A stretch of DNA of 64,000 nt from Naegleria gruberi (GCA_000004985.1 GG738930.1); one strand, 5' to 3'; shown: positions 44,419 to 55,749, counted from the first letter of the stretch. Notes: generated by a model not told the origin, from the sequence alone. A program made the numbers and translations.

Positions 44419-44454
44419 TATATTCATTGATGAAATAAACCTTAATTGTTCTTC
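44346..44454 (-). repeat. tRNA-Ile repeat unit including a conserved 5' flank (copy 2 of the inverted pair)
   Basis: The reverse complement of 44419-44454 contains gaagaacaattaaggttt...aatata, matching 29498-29531. Confidence 0.7.
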
Positions 44455-44539
44455 AAATTATCTTTTTCAAGAATGAATACGTTTAAGAGCATTGCAACAG
44501 AATGAAAGAGGATTTGAAAGGAAGTTAAGCAACAAAAAA

Positions 44540-45772
44540 ATGGAACAAATTCTTAAGGAAGAACACTACTTGAGGAATGAAGAAAACCTCAATGTATCAT
44601 CATCCGATAGCAAATGTTCTTCATCAAATAAGAGAGGCCACGAAAGTATTGAATCTTCAGAAGAACACAATCATGAACAATCCACCTTACAACCTCCTTC
44701 TAAATCGCTCAAATTAAATGTTGAACCTCATCAGCAACAAGACGATCTCGAAATACTTCTCAACCGATTGAAAGAAATTGAAGAGGAAAAGTGCAAGATA
44801 ATTCAAGAATTCAAATTACAAGAAGCCTTATTAGAGAAGGAACGTTTGGAAATTCTCTCCATGATAACTCTTGGTAATGAAGAATTTGATACAAAGAAGC
44901 CCGTTCACCTCAATGTTGGTGGATACATACTGACTATTTGTATGGGTGTATTTGTCAATTCTGTGAGGGAACCAAATAATGTAATTGATAAGATGTTTAA
45001 GGGAATAATTCCACTTCATGAAACTCCTTCATTAGTATTCGAGGAGAAGGTTTTCTTTATAGATTGTGATGTTGCTATTTTCAAGATTATTATCGAGTGG
45101 ATGAAAACAGGAGAATGTGAAAAGCTTTCGGAAAAGGAACTGAAATTAGTATTGAGAGCTTGTGAAGAGTTTGGATTTGAGAATTTTAGGAATCACTTGA
45201 TACAAGAAAAACAAGCAACTCTTCCACCAACAGCATCTGACACTATAACTAATTCTAATATTTTGGATCCTAACATATTAAGGGAACTCTTTGAAAAACA
45301 TGTAAAGTCAAAGAATGATGGTTTATTATATAGAGGAACAAGAGATGGTTTTAAGGCAACCGACTTTCACAAACATTGTGATCAACAAGGGAAGACTGTG
45401 ACGATTGTTCAATCAAGAAATGGTCATATATTTGGTGGATTTACATCAAATAATTGGGAATCTTCCAAAGGTTTCAGAACAGATCCCTCTGCATTCATAT
45501 TCAAGATTGATTCTGCATCCATTTCACGATTTGATATCAAATCTGACTCGTATAGGAATGCAATTTCTTGTGATATTGAAAGTCTTCCTTCTTTTGGTTT
45601 GGATTTCAAACTCTCCTCATCATGCAATGAAAATTCCAACTCATACTCCAACTTTGGGCACACCTATCAATTACCAACTGGATTCACTTATGAAAGTGAG
45701 CAGGCAAGAAAGTATTTAGCTGGTAGTTGCAAATTCCAAGTAGTGGAAATTGAAGTATTTAAAGCACTCTAA
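44540..45772 (+). CDS. BTB/POZ + TLDc domain protein
   Basis: First ATG at 44540 (MEQILKEEHYL...). BTB: PVHLNVGGYILTICMGVFVNS...VFFIDCDVAIFKIIIEWMKTGECE. TLDc: LLYRGTRDGFKATDFHKHCDQQGKTVTIVQSRNGHIFGGFTSNNWE...YLAGSCKFQVVEIEVFKAL. Confidence 0.7.
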   Translation: MEQILKEEHYLRNEENLNVSSSDSKCSSSNKRGHESIESSEEHNHEQSTLQPPSKSLKLNVEPHQQQDDLEILLNRLKEIEEEKCKIIQEFKLQEALLEKERLEILSMITLGNEEFDTKKPVHLNVGGYILTICMGVFVNSVREPNNVIDKMFKGIIPLHETPSLVFEEKVFFIDCDVAIFKIIIEWMKTGECEKLSEKELKLVLRACEEFGFENFRNHLIQEKQATLPPTASDTITNSNILDPNILRELFEKHVKSKNDGLLYRGTRDGFKATDFHKHCDQQGKTVTIVQSRNGHIFGGFTSNNWESSKGFRTDPSAFIFKIDSASISRFDIKSDSYRNAISCDIESLPSFGLDFKLSSSCNENSNSYSNFGHTYQLPTGFTYESEQARKYLAGSCKFQVVEIEVFKAL

Positions 45773-46173
45773 TTTTCAATACAATTTATTAACTTTAACA
45801 TATTTACAACTTCTCTAATATTTGCTAATTCGAAAAATTATTTATCTGTAAACCTCTGTAAACCTTCCTGCCTCACTTAATTGAATCTCTCTCATAGCCT
45901 TATTTGATATCAAACATTTGCAAATCAATATCTAAAAAAGTCCTTATGAGGATCATTCAGTCAAAAACCTATTTTTACTCATAATTTACAGTTCTCTCCC
46001 AAAATCAGAGCTAGACTTTACAAAAAAAAATCCAACACATAATATCTTGCGTTTTTTGCGGTCAACAAGAGAGAAGAATCTTTCTTGCAATTCGGAGAGG
46101 AAAAAAGAAAACCCTCATCATTTTCATCAATTAATTGCAACCATCACCATCAGCAGCAACAACAATTGCAGCA

Positions 46174-47784
46174 ATGACCATAGTTACTAATTCATACAAT
46201 TTTAATAATTGTCATAATAGTAGCACCAATAATGCAAGAAAAATGTTGATGAGAGAAAAATTTATTAAATTGGCGCTTCACCTGCAAGATTTGAATGAAA
46301 TTAAGAATGCATTTGTGGAAAAGTATGAAGAAATGAAGAGCCTTGTAGAAACAGTTTTGGAGTGTGGATACGAGCATGATGATGAGGATGAAACAGTTTC
46401 GAATTTTGTAAATGACGAAGAAGAAGAAAAATTGATCAAGGAAGAGTTTGTGAATTTTCTTGATCTGAATGAATTTTTACTGCCCTCACAACAGGAAGTT
46501 GTTGAGCAAGAATCTCATACTGGATTGTTCGATTCACAGTCAATTCCAAAGAGTCTTTCGTCTATGAGTTTATTCAGATGTGCTTCGAGTGAGAGTTTGC
46601 TAACTTCACAGCAATTGTTAAATGATTCTGTAATGATGCAACAAATTGCTTCACCAGAACATGAATCGACAAGTTCAGGAAGTGCATTACTACCATTAAA
46701 TGTGCTTTCAGTTGTTGGTCAACCTTCTGATTTGATTTCACAGAATCTTGTCAAGTCAACCAATAATGTGAAACGGCACAAGCGTGCCAATAAATCACAT
46801 AAGAGAAAGAAATTAATAGAGAAGGAAGATTCTTCAAAAAAGATCAAGATGGAAGAATCAATTGTTCAAACATCCATCGACAATTTTGCAACATTGCTAA
46901 CGAAAGAAAATCCAATCACATGTCAGTCGCCAAAACAAACAGTTTATGGCGAATTTAATTGGATTAATAGTTTTGGATCATTTGGATCTGCAGATGGTCA
47001 ATTTGATGGCCCAGTTGATATTAAATATCTCAGTAGAAGAGACTATCTCCTTGTGGCCTGTTACAATAATAAGAATATTCAAATTTTTGATGCTAAAACA
47101 CTTGAATACAAGTATCAAATTTCCACACAGAGCGAAATTAGAGGAATGGCACTCGATCCCACCAATGACAATTCAATCCTAATCAGTTGTGATGACAGCA
47201 TTGTATCCAGATATACCATTATGGAATCATGGCATGTGGAAATGTATGGCTCTAAAGGATGTAAATCGAATCAATTCAATGGGCCTACAGGAATGGTTGT
47301 CGATGAAGAGGGCAGAATATTCGTATGTGATTGTCTCAATTCTCGAATAGTTGTCCTCTCAAAGGAAGGTCAATTTTTGTACAATTTTGGAGAGAAGGGA
47401 ACTAAGAAAGGTCAATTTCTCATGCCATGGTCTATAACAATTGATTCGTTTGGTAATTTACTGATTACTGATAGTGGACGTCATGTAATTCAAGTTTATT
47501 CACCCAATGGAGAGCATTTGAATGAAATTGGAAAAAAGGGATCTTCCAAATTCGAATTCAACACACCGAGAGCCATCACAATTGATCAAATCACTGGGAA
47601 TGTTCTCATATGTGATGAAGGAAACAATCGTATACAAATATTCAATTCTACTCTGACAGAACATGTGAAAATCATTGAGGATCGACTCCATGCTCCAACT
47701 GGACTCACTTTAGATCCAACAAGAGCCCTCCTCTATGTTTCTGAATGGGATCTGGAACATAATTTCATACAAATTTTCAAATAA
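46174..47784 (+). CDS. NHL-repeat beta-propeller protein with acidic, S-rich N-terminal region
   Basis: First ATG at 46174 (MTIVTNSYNF...). At least 5 NHL repeats, e.g. FNGPTGMVVDEEGRIFVCDCLNSRIVVLS and FNTPRAITIDQITGNVLICDEGNNRIQIFN. Confidence 0.65.
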   Translation: MTIVTNSYNFNNCHNSSTNNARKMLMREKFIKLALHLQDLNEIKNAFVEKYEEMKSLVETVLECGYEHDDEDETVSNFVNDEEEEKLIKEEFVNFLDLNEFLLPSQQEVVEQESHTGLFDSQSIPKSLSSMSLFRCASSESLLTSQQLLNDSVMMQQIASPEHESTSSGSALLPLNVLSVVGQPSDLISQNLVKSTNNVKRHKRANKSHKRKKLIEKEDSSKKIKMEESIVQTSIDNFATLLTKENPITCQSPKQTVYGEFNWINSFGSFGSADGQFDGPVDIKYLSRRDYLLVACYNNKNIQIFDAKTLEYKYQISTQSEIRGMALDPTNDNSILISCDDSIVSRYTIMESWHVEMYGSKGCKSNQFNGPTGMVVDEEGRIFVCDCLNSRIVVLSKEGQFLYNFGEKGTKKGQFLMPWSITIDSFGNLLITDSGRHVIQVYSPNGEHLNEIGKKGSSKFEFNTPRAITIDQITGNVLICDEGNNRIQIFNSTLTEHVKIIEDRLHAPTGLTLDPTRALLYVSEWDLEHNFIQIFK

Positions 47785-48219
47785 ACTAAAGACATTAACA
47801 AGAATTCCGCCTCTAGAAAATTAAGAAACTTCCTTATATAGGTCAATGGGCTACCCTTGCTCTTGGAGTTTTAAATTTCTCTCAATTTCAAACATTTCCA
47901 CTGTTCAAAATATTTATGAATATCACTCTCAACCAATTCTTAGAACTCGTTACAATTTAACAAAAATACTTGTTGTTTTTTGTTCTTCAATTTTGTCGAA
48001 TATTTTTGTTGGCGCCCACAAAAAAATTTCAAAAACAAATCAAAAAAAACAACGCAATTTCTTACCTCACGTTTTTGAGAGTAAAAACAATTGATTTACA
48101 TCAACAACAAGCTTGTGAGAAGTGGGTGAATTCACGGACAAGATTCAATCATACCTCTCTATTAATATTATTCAGCAATATCTTAGCATCAAGCTATTTT
48201 TAATTTAAAACAAAAAACA

Positions 48220-49230
48220 ATGCCGTTGTTCTTTCATGAAGGCTTGCTCAAGAAGAGTCGTTCGAGAGCTTCTACGAAGAGGGAGAGAAACACAAACTCC
48301 ACCTCCGAAGGATCATCACTGAAGAGAAAATATACAGATTATGAGGAAGAAGAATTTTGTGATTGTACTGATGATTTTGCTTGGAATTTGCCGATTGCTT
48401 CACCAATTTCAAGTATGGAAGATGTTTGTGATTCTTTTGATCAAAAAGTTAAGAGAATCAAACCTTCATCAAATTTAATTAAATCGGAATTTAGTTTTGG
48501 ACAAACAAATCAAACCATTGTAAATAATTATATTAACATGAACTATAATACAAACAATTCAGAGTTGGACATTTTAAACACCAATTATGAAAGAGTTGAA
48601 AAGATTGAGGAAGATGAATATGCAGAATATTATAGAGTGACAAGAAAATACGACCACAAATTTTGTAAATTAATATTGTTGAAAAACAATTCAAGCGGAG
48701 ACGATATATACAAACTATTGAGTTTGAGAAATTCGAATATAGTAGAAATCACACATTGTGGTCTCATTGGTAAGCGACCATTCCTTGAAACGAAATGGTA
48801 CAGAGATGGTACATTAGACCAACTCCTCAAGAGAGGAGAATTTATTTCCGAGAATAGCTTAACGAGAATGGCCAGCAGTCTTTTAGATTCATTACTATTT
48901 ATTCAGGAAAATAATATTGTCTGCAGAGACTTCAGACCTTCTAACATTCTGGTCGAAAGACATGGTGCATTCGAGTATGATTTGAAATATAATTTGGAAT
49001 TTATTTGCTTTTCATCCCACTCCACTGAATCACAAAAGAGAAATATCAAATCCATTGGACAAATACTCTTCATGCTAATGACTAGAAAATCATGCATCAA
49101 TGAATCTATTACAAGAGAATATCTATTAGAGAACATTTCAGGAGTCTATTCTCCAAAGATTGTCGATCTTGTCCTTGTCCTACTCTTCTCTGATTTAACT
49201 ACTTGCGAAATCTTCCAATTCTTGAATTAA
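48220..49230 (+). CDS. protein-kinase-like domain protein, probable pseudokinase
   Basis: Real ATG at 48220. A kinase-like catalytic-loop remnant is CRDFRPSNILVERHG. There is no GxGxxG and no DFG. Confidence 0.45.
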   Translation: MPLFFHEGLLKKSRSRASTKRERNTNSTSEGSSLKRKYTDYEEEEFCDCTDDFAWNLPIASPISSMEDVCDSFDQKVKRIKPSSNLIKSEFSFGQTNQTIVNNYINMNYNTNNSELDILNTNYERVEKIEEDEYAEYYRVTRKYDHKFCKLILLKNNSSGDDIYKLLSLRNSNIVEITHCGLIGKRPFLETKWYRDGTLDQLLKRGEFISENSLTRMASSLLDSLLFIQENNIVCRDFRPSNILVERHGAFEYDLKYNLEFICFSSHSTESQKRNIKSIGQILFMLMTRKSCINESITREYLLENISGVYSPKIVDLVLVLLFSDLTTCEIFQFLN

Positions 49231-50239
49231 TTCAAATAAAACACGTCCAATCTGTTAAATAATTCAACACTTTAGTAATATTCTATTATCCTTCTTGTCT
49301 CTTAATTGGAGTGTAATTATCAAAAGGCTCATTTATCATTGAAGCATCTGTGCAGCCAAGTTGAACGGACCTGTGGCTAGTACTTTTTGAGATTATTGAT
49401 AGAATCCAAAGTTCAGCACCTGAAACACTATAAAACCAAAATTGTGCATAGAGAGCGAGTAGGGATTATCTGTTACTGGAATAGGGGTCTCAAATTTATC
49501 GTTGCTTCACTAATCTTTCAACAAGTTGCTAAATATTTCAAGATCGCCACAATTCAAGGTATTTCCCCAGTTGCAACCTTTCCTAAAATGTACTTTCATC
49601 TTGTAAGATTTCTTAGGACAAAGTTCTTTTTTGATTTAATTGTCAAGATTCTTCAATACCTTTGCGTTTCATAAACGAAAAAAGTGGAGAGACAACATGC
49701 TATAAAGTACTACTCTATTTCCAAGAACATATGCGGCTGAGAGTTAGTATGAAACAAAAAGAACAACATCGAGTCGATGATTAAGAAGAAGAAGCATATT
49801 GAATCCTATAAAACACAAAGAAAAAGCAAACATTGATCACCAACAACACTTTTTGACACGTTGATACAAAATAATTGCTCAAAGCAACAACTAACCAAAA
49901 GTTCAAAGTCTTCTAATACGGCAACTCGAGACAGAATTGGAAACCTCGTCAGCCATGAGTTTTTTAAGATCGAGTTTCCTACTGCCCATGCATGTGTCAA
50001 CAGTGTTGATTGTAAATAATAACAAGAAGAATATTTAACAGAAAAAAAAGCTTTACTCGCAATCTATACAAGCTGAGTATTAATTATGTGTGATTGAAGA
50101 TAACCACTGTCAATGAAACATGATTTGGTTTCGATTAAAATGACGCTTGAATTGCCATTTTACAAACACTCATTGGAACTATTGATACTTTCCATTACTT
50201 TCTGTCCATGAGTGAAAACGAAAGTGGTCTAAACTGGAC

Positions 50240-51775
50240 TTATTTAAAGGTACAGGTGTGGAATTGAAGACCAGTATCCTTCTTATTCTTACTAATTCCA
50301 TCTTCGATCTGAATCTTGATTCCACCATCAACAAGTTTACATTGTTGCATCTTGATTGGCTTATCGTTTGGATTTGCTTCAACTAACAAACCTTTCGAAT
50401 GTTGTTGATTAACAAAAGTGAATTGATTATGATTGTTCTTATCTTGTCTATTGGCTGGAATCTTTCCCTTCTTATTTGAACTGTTATTACTGTTGTTTGC
50501 AGAGTGTTGATTAACAACAACTTGTTGTCCAACAGTAGTAGTAGTATTATTATTATTGGACATGTAAACTTGTCCATTACTGTTATTCATCATGATTGAA
50601 TTGCCAAATGAATTGGTGGACACATTGGCTGGAGACATGGACATATTGGATGAACAAGTTGAAGTAACAGATGGTGAATTCAATCCACCATTCATATTAT
50701 TCACCATTAACATGTTATTAGCACCACAACTTTGCATCTTGGAATTTGAATAACTTTGAATGGCTTGGAAACATGAAGTTGATCTCTGATGACTACCACC
50801 CTTTCTAATACCTCTTGATTGAGAGGATGAGGATGAGGATGAATTGATGGAGCCTAAGGAAGGAGACTTTGAATGATGGTGAATGCTACGTCTCATACTT
50901 GGGGAGAGACTTTGAATGTTGGTACAATTGGCGAGCATGGAACCCAAGTAGGCTACTTGTTGGGATTGATTGTTATTGGTAATGCTTGGAGAGTTGTTGT
51001 TGATCAACATGGTATTGTTGTTATTATTATTGGTCATGATTGTAGGGGTGGAAATATTTAAAGTATTATGATTGTTTGGGTTGGTATTATTGGAAATGGC
51101 GAGTTGATTGAGTAATTCTTGAACTTGTTGTTCAATACTGGTTGTATTTACATTATTATTACATGAATTATTATTATTATTATTAATATTAATATTATTA
51201 TTTAAATTTAAATTATTATTATTATTAATAGGAGTTGTAGTGGAAGTATTATTTGGATTATTATTATTATTAATGAATTGTTGCCATAATTCAAACACTG
51301 AATTAGTATCCAAGGAGAGTCTTGGTGTACTAGGTGAATGTTGTTGTTGTTGTGTTTGATGATTATTTACATAGCTTTGACTCGTTGTATTACAAAAGGA
51401 GGTGGAAGGATACATCATCATTGTACGATCAACTGCAGCATCCTCACCACATCCAGCCAACAAGACATTACTCTTTGTATGAGGCGTAACAACAACAATA
51501 TTGTGTGCTACTGCTGATGATGATGCTGATGAGGAGGAGGCTTGTGTTGTGGAAGGTATAATAACAGTTGGTGGAGAGAGCGGATGATTCAAGGCTTCGT
51601 GACTCTCCAACTCTTCTCGCATTACAGCGCTAAAATCAAGTTCATCTTCATCGAGCATGGAATCAAAGAGACTTTCTATGGAGGAGGAATTATTGCAAGT
51701 CATCATCATGTGGTGCTGATTATTATTATTATTTGATGATGATGATGATGATTGGAAAAGATTGGAGTAGTCCAT
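50240..51775 (-). CDS. Asn/Ser-rich low-complexity (prion-like) protein, 511 aa
   Basis: Real ATG at 51775 (MDYSNLFQSSSSSSNNNNNQHH...). Long poly-N tracts encoded by att/aat runs at 51160-51240. Confidence 0.45.
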   Translation of the reverse strand: MDYSNLFQSSSSSSNNNNNQHHMMMTCNNSSSIESLFDSMLDEDELDFSAVMREELESHEALNHPLSPPTVIIPSTTQASSSSASSSAVAHNIVVVTPHTKSNVLLAGCGEDAAVDRTMMMYPSTSFCNTTSQSYVNNHQTQQQQHSPSTPRLSLDTNSVFELWQQFINNNNNPNNTSTTTPINNNNNLNLNNNININNNNNNSCNNNVNTTSIEQQVQELLNQLAISNNTNPNNHNTLNISTPTIMTNNNNNNTMLINNNSPSITNNNQSQQVAYLGSMLANCTNIQSLSPSMRRSIHHHSKSPSLGSINSSSSSSSQSRGIRKGGSHQRSTSCFQAIQSYSNSKMQSCGANNMLMVNNMNGGLNSPSVTSTCSSNMSMSPANVSTNSFGNSIMMNNSNGQVYMSNNNNTTTTVGQQVVVNQHSANNSNNSSNKKGKIPANRQDKNNHNQFTFVNQQHSKGLLVEANPNDKPIKMQQCKLVDGGIKIQIEDGISKNKKDTGLQFHTCTFK

Positions 51776-53954
51776 GATGTTATTATTATTATTATTGGTG
51801 ATGATGATTTGATGATAAATGAGGGTTTAATTTACAATAATCTGTTGATTGTTTCGGATAGGAATTTGAAATTAATGAGAAGTCAGTCAGTATCATCAAC
51901 AATGAGAATGTACTTACGTTTTTTTGATAACTATTTCGAATAGAATTGCTGATATAATGAGAATGTACTTCAAAAACGTTTCGAATAATAGATGATGAAT
52001 GATGAATATCGCTGATTGGATGGAAAAGAGTGCTCTACTTTAATCTGAGAAAACAGATGACAGACCTAATAAGGAGCTTGCAATATGATCCTCGTAAACA
52101 GACCTAGGTTGAAATGGTTTCTTTTCAGATAGTTTCGAATAAGAAAGGTGTCCTCTGTTCACCAGCGATTTTTGTTGTTTGTTTTTATTTTAAAAGTAAA
52201 GAACCAACTGCTAGAAACAAGTTTGCTTTTGAAAATGATCGGATTTAAAAATCGTCCGCTTTCATTTCTATCAAAAACTACATGGAAGAATCTGGTGACT
52301 CGATGCGCTTGTATGCAAAAACCAAATATCGAACTGTTCACTACCCCATGAGATGTGCATCATTCAACGATCAACAAGTAGGATTGTGATGAGTTTTAAT
52401 GTCATCCATTGTAGTAGTATTATATTTGGGAGCACATTGGACGAAACTGGTCATTTAGAATATGATGATTGTGGGTGAAATCACAGAATCTAACCATTTA
52501 CAACACAAATACAAGAATGTAAATTTTATGGAGCAAATTGAATGTCGTTTGTAGAGCTCATTAAAATTGATGATAGATGGCGTTGCATGCAAAGTTCAGT
52601 TAGATTCAGAATACATTCTGCTTGGGTAACAAAGATAACAACGGAATTACTAATAAAGATCATTAAAATTTCATTTGGAAATTTGATGTATTCATATTTT
52701 TAAATTGTCAACATCAACTGCCATTAATCAGGGCTTTGTTTTGAGGTCAGAAATCATTTTCATTGTCTGATAATTAAGGAACTGAGGCATTGGTACCTCA
52801 TTGTCAAGTGTAGGAATTTTCAATACTACAAACAGAAGTAATAATTTCAAATTTGGTCAATTAGGGAGAACACCTTATTTAATCATTGAAAATGAGTTTG
52901 GATCACAACAAATCTCAAACAAATTCAAAGTAGTGAGATTTCAATAGAATTGACAATATTCATCACCATTTGAATCTCTTTCAATTATTTTCATGAAGAG
53001 AGAAGAAACCAAGTTTCGGATAACCACATGTTTATCCTTCTAACCCAATAAATAATTGAACAACGAAAGAGCCATGAAAAACTCAATGAAAAGTTGTTAA
53101 TTACCATGATGATGATGCAAAGTGCACCAATCTCTTTTACAAAAAACCCAAACATTCGAATTGTCTATCAGAAACCAAACGAATAACGGCCACAACTCGA
53201 TCGATAATTAAAACCAAATTTGCACCTTCCCATTGAACCGTTTTTCCTTAATCACAACAACTGTTTTTATCGAACAACGGAAACATGTTCGGAATTTTTC
53301 AATCCTTTTTAATAAAAATTGCATCCAATTAAAAAAACTGTAAATTCTCACCGTAGTTTGGAAATTGAAGTTTACAAAAAAAAAGTCATCTCACGTGATT
53401 GGTTTCGAATGAGAATTTGAAAATTGTAAAATGATGGAACAAATCTTTCCTTTTAAAAATGTTCAAATATAAAATTGGTTATAAATGACCTGATTTGAAG
53501 GCGTCGTAATTTTGTATGTAAACGTCAACTAGCGCACTAATGAAAAAGTATTAGAAAGTTTCGTATTTCAATACAACATGGTGAATCAATGCATGAAGAG
53601 TTTACTTTTTTGTAATTATTAAAGTTGAGAAAACGTGTTTGGTAAGCAATTTAAAATTTCCAAGTTAAAACTTTGCGAAAGAGAATCTTCAATGTTTAGT
53701 TTACTTTCTAACAAGGATGATCATGCAAAACGGAAGATTAAATATCTTACCCCGGTTGTATAGATCCAATCAGTTGCTTGTGGTGATTGCATTTTCATTG
53801 TAAAAATAGATTCGAATAGATTTTCACAAACTACAATTTTTTATTATTGGGTAGGAGAAAATTCAAGACTTTAATTGTAGATCATTGTAAACCATTGAAA
53901 ATGATCATTGATTTCAATGTTCTTTTTTTTAATATTTAATTTAATTTGAAAAAA

Positions 53955-54569
53955 ATGAATGAAAGTGTTGGGATTAGTTTAGATTCGTTTATTGGCTCTT
54001 CACTGCTTTATTCCAAACTTTCGGTTAATTCACTTTCCCATACACAATCCAACATTCTAAATAACCATCAATTTCTCTCATTATTCCAAGAAACTCTCCA
54101 CTGCAAACAAGTTATCCGAAACTTTGTTGGTTCTGTGGATGGATTCAAATCCGAAACTCTTCATTCCAAATGCAATTATCTGAGAAACATTGTGGTGGTT
54201 ATCAGATCGAGAGTTTATCGTTCAATATTTGGAGGTTTTACAAGAGAACACTTGACAGACAAGTTTCGTATTTTCAAGACAGATTCTAATGCTTTCTTAT
54301 TTAAATTCAATGAAAGTGGAATATTGGAAAGGTTTCCCATCAAGAAAGCTAATTCGTGTGCATTGATCAGTTGGAGTGAAACTCATTTAATTGAATTTGG
54401 AAGTGATCTGGCAATAGTTGAGAATTGTAATGTGAATTTTCATTCATTTTCAAGCTTTTGGATGTTTGAAAGTCCTCCAGAAATGAATATTATGGAAGCA
54501 AATTCATATCTGGCTGGATCTTGTCGATTTCAAGTTGAGGAATTGGAAGTATTTAGTGTGGAAATTTAG
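53955..54569 (+). CDS. stand-alone TLDc-domain protein
   Basis: First ATG at 53955 (MNESVGISLDSF...). TLDc motifs TLHSKCNYLRNIVVVIRSRVYRSIFGGFT, NAFLFKFNESGILERFPI and YLAGSCRFQVEELEVFSV. Confidence 0.6.
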   Translation: MNESVGISLDSFIGSSLLYSKLSVNSLSHTQSNILNNHQFLSLFQETLHCKQVIRNFVGSVDGFKSETLHSKCNYLRNIVVVIRSRVYRSIFGGFTREHLTDKFRIFKTDSNAFLFKFNESGILERFPIKKANSCALISWSETHLIEFGSDLAIVENCNVNFHSFSSFWMFESPPEMNIMEANSYLAGSCRFQVEELEVFSVEI

Positions 54570-54782
54570 ATGAGCTCAACTCTGTGTGAAATTGACTTGC
54601 AAAATTGAAAAGCTCAGCTCGTGGATAGGCACATGTTTTTTTCTAATTTTGAACAACTCCTTTGAGCTTCTTCACCAACAATCTGCGCCATTACATTAAA
54701 AAATGTTTTCATTCAAAGGAGGACATTCTTTGATGGTCATTTTGCTCAGTTTGCTCTTCATCATCATCTCACAGCATCTGAT

Positions 54783-55687
54783 TTGGAATGTACTGCAGCT
54801 CAATTGGAAAAAACAGCCAATTTGTTGAGAAAATCAAATTCACCATTCGCATCGACTCGATTTGCACAATTGGCCAAAGTTAAAAAAGCATTGGCAAATG
54901 TTCGAAATGAGATTGAAATTGTCAATTCGACATGTGTTGCATTTGATGGTCCTGATTGTAATATAACAAAATTAACTAGCAGCCCCATCTTAATACAAAC
55001 ATGTAATTCTAAATGTATAGCATGTCTATCTCAAGATCAGTGCTCTCTGTGTTCTGGAAATTGGATGGGATTCAATTGTTCATTATGTAAATCAGGTTGG
55101 ATTGGAACAGATTGTAATTTAGCTGATATTGGGGATTTGGTGTCATCAACAATTCTCACAAATACCAATCATTCTGTAAGGCTACTGACTGAAATTTTGA
55201 ATAATGTTCCTACCAGCAATAAGAAATTACTTTTCAGAGCTTCAAGGGATGGTTTCACATCAAGCTCATTCCACACTTGGTGATAATAAGGGACCAACGA
55301 TTGTATTAATCAAAGCAAAAGGTGGAGCCGTATTCGGAAGTTATGCAAGGTTTTCTTGGGCTTCTTCTTGGACTAATGGATTTGCTTTGGATACATCTTC
55401 CTTCTTATTTAATTTCTTCAACCAATCAAGAAAGATTTGTCAAATTTCCTCTCATTGGTTCAGTTTCTATTAATTATAACAGTGCTTATGGACCAATTTT
55501 TGGTGGAGGTCATGATTTATTAATTGTTGATAATTCAAATCAGAACTCCAACAGTTATGCGAACTTGTGTTACAGTTATTGTAACAATGATGCAACAATG
55601 ATACCTGGTAGTATTACGGCACAATCATTTATGGCTGGATCAGCTTACTTCCAAGTTGATGATTATGAAGTGTATTCATTACAATAG
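54783..55687 (+). pseudogene. EGF-like Cys-rich + TLDc gene disrupted by two single-base frameshifts (pseudogene or sequence errors); the 5' end is also out of frame with the upstream signal-peptide-like ORF
   Basis: Three consecutive ORFs in frames 0, +1 and +2 together spell a complete TLDc. Frame A ends ...LLFRASRDGFTSSSFHTW*, where removing one G at about 55279-55280 gives FHTCDNKGPT. Frame B is ...GPTIVLIKAKGGAVFGSYARF...SSFLFNFFNQS. Frame C is ERFVKFPLIGSV...GPIFGGGHDLLIV...FMAGSAYFQVDDYEVYSLQ, where removing one A at about 55429 restores FNQSERFVKFP, matching the neighbouring paralog FNESGILERFPI. The Cys-rich N-terminus is CNITKLTSSPILIQTCNSKCIACLSQDQCSLCSGNWMGFNCSLCKSGWIGTDCN. The upstream MFSFKGGHSLMVILLSLLFIIISQHL (from 54704) is in yet another frame. 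Confidence 0.55.
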
Positions 55688-55749
55688 AAGGAGAGGAATG
55701 TGGAGTGGGATTCAAGGTTTAGAATTATTAAGAATGAGTCATTCTATAT

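Noticed and set aside
49387-49674. 95-aa ORF in the 49.2-50.2 kb intergenic region
   Set aside because: No domain, no convincing start context, and hydrophobic or odd composition. It is likely a chance ORF.
51160-51240. att/aat microsatellite as a non-coding simple repeat
   Set aside because: It lies inside, and in frame with, the N-rich CDS (poly-Asn), so it is a coding low-complexity tract.
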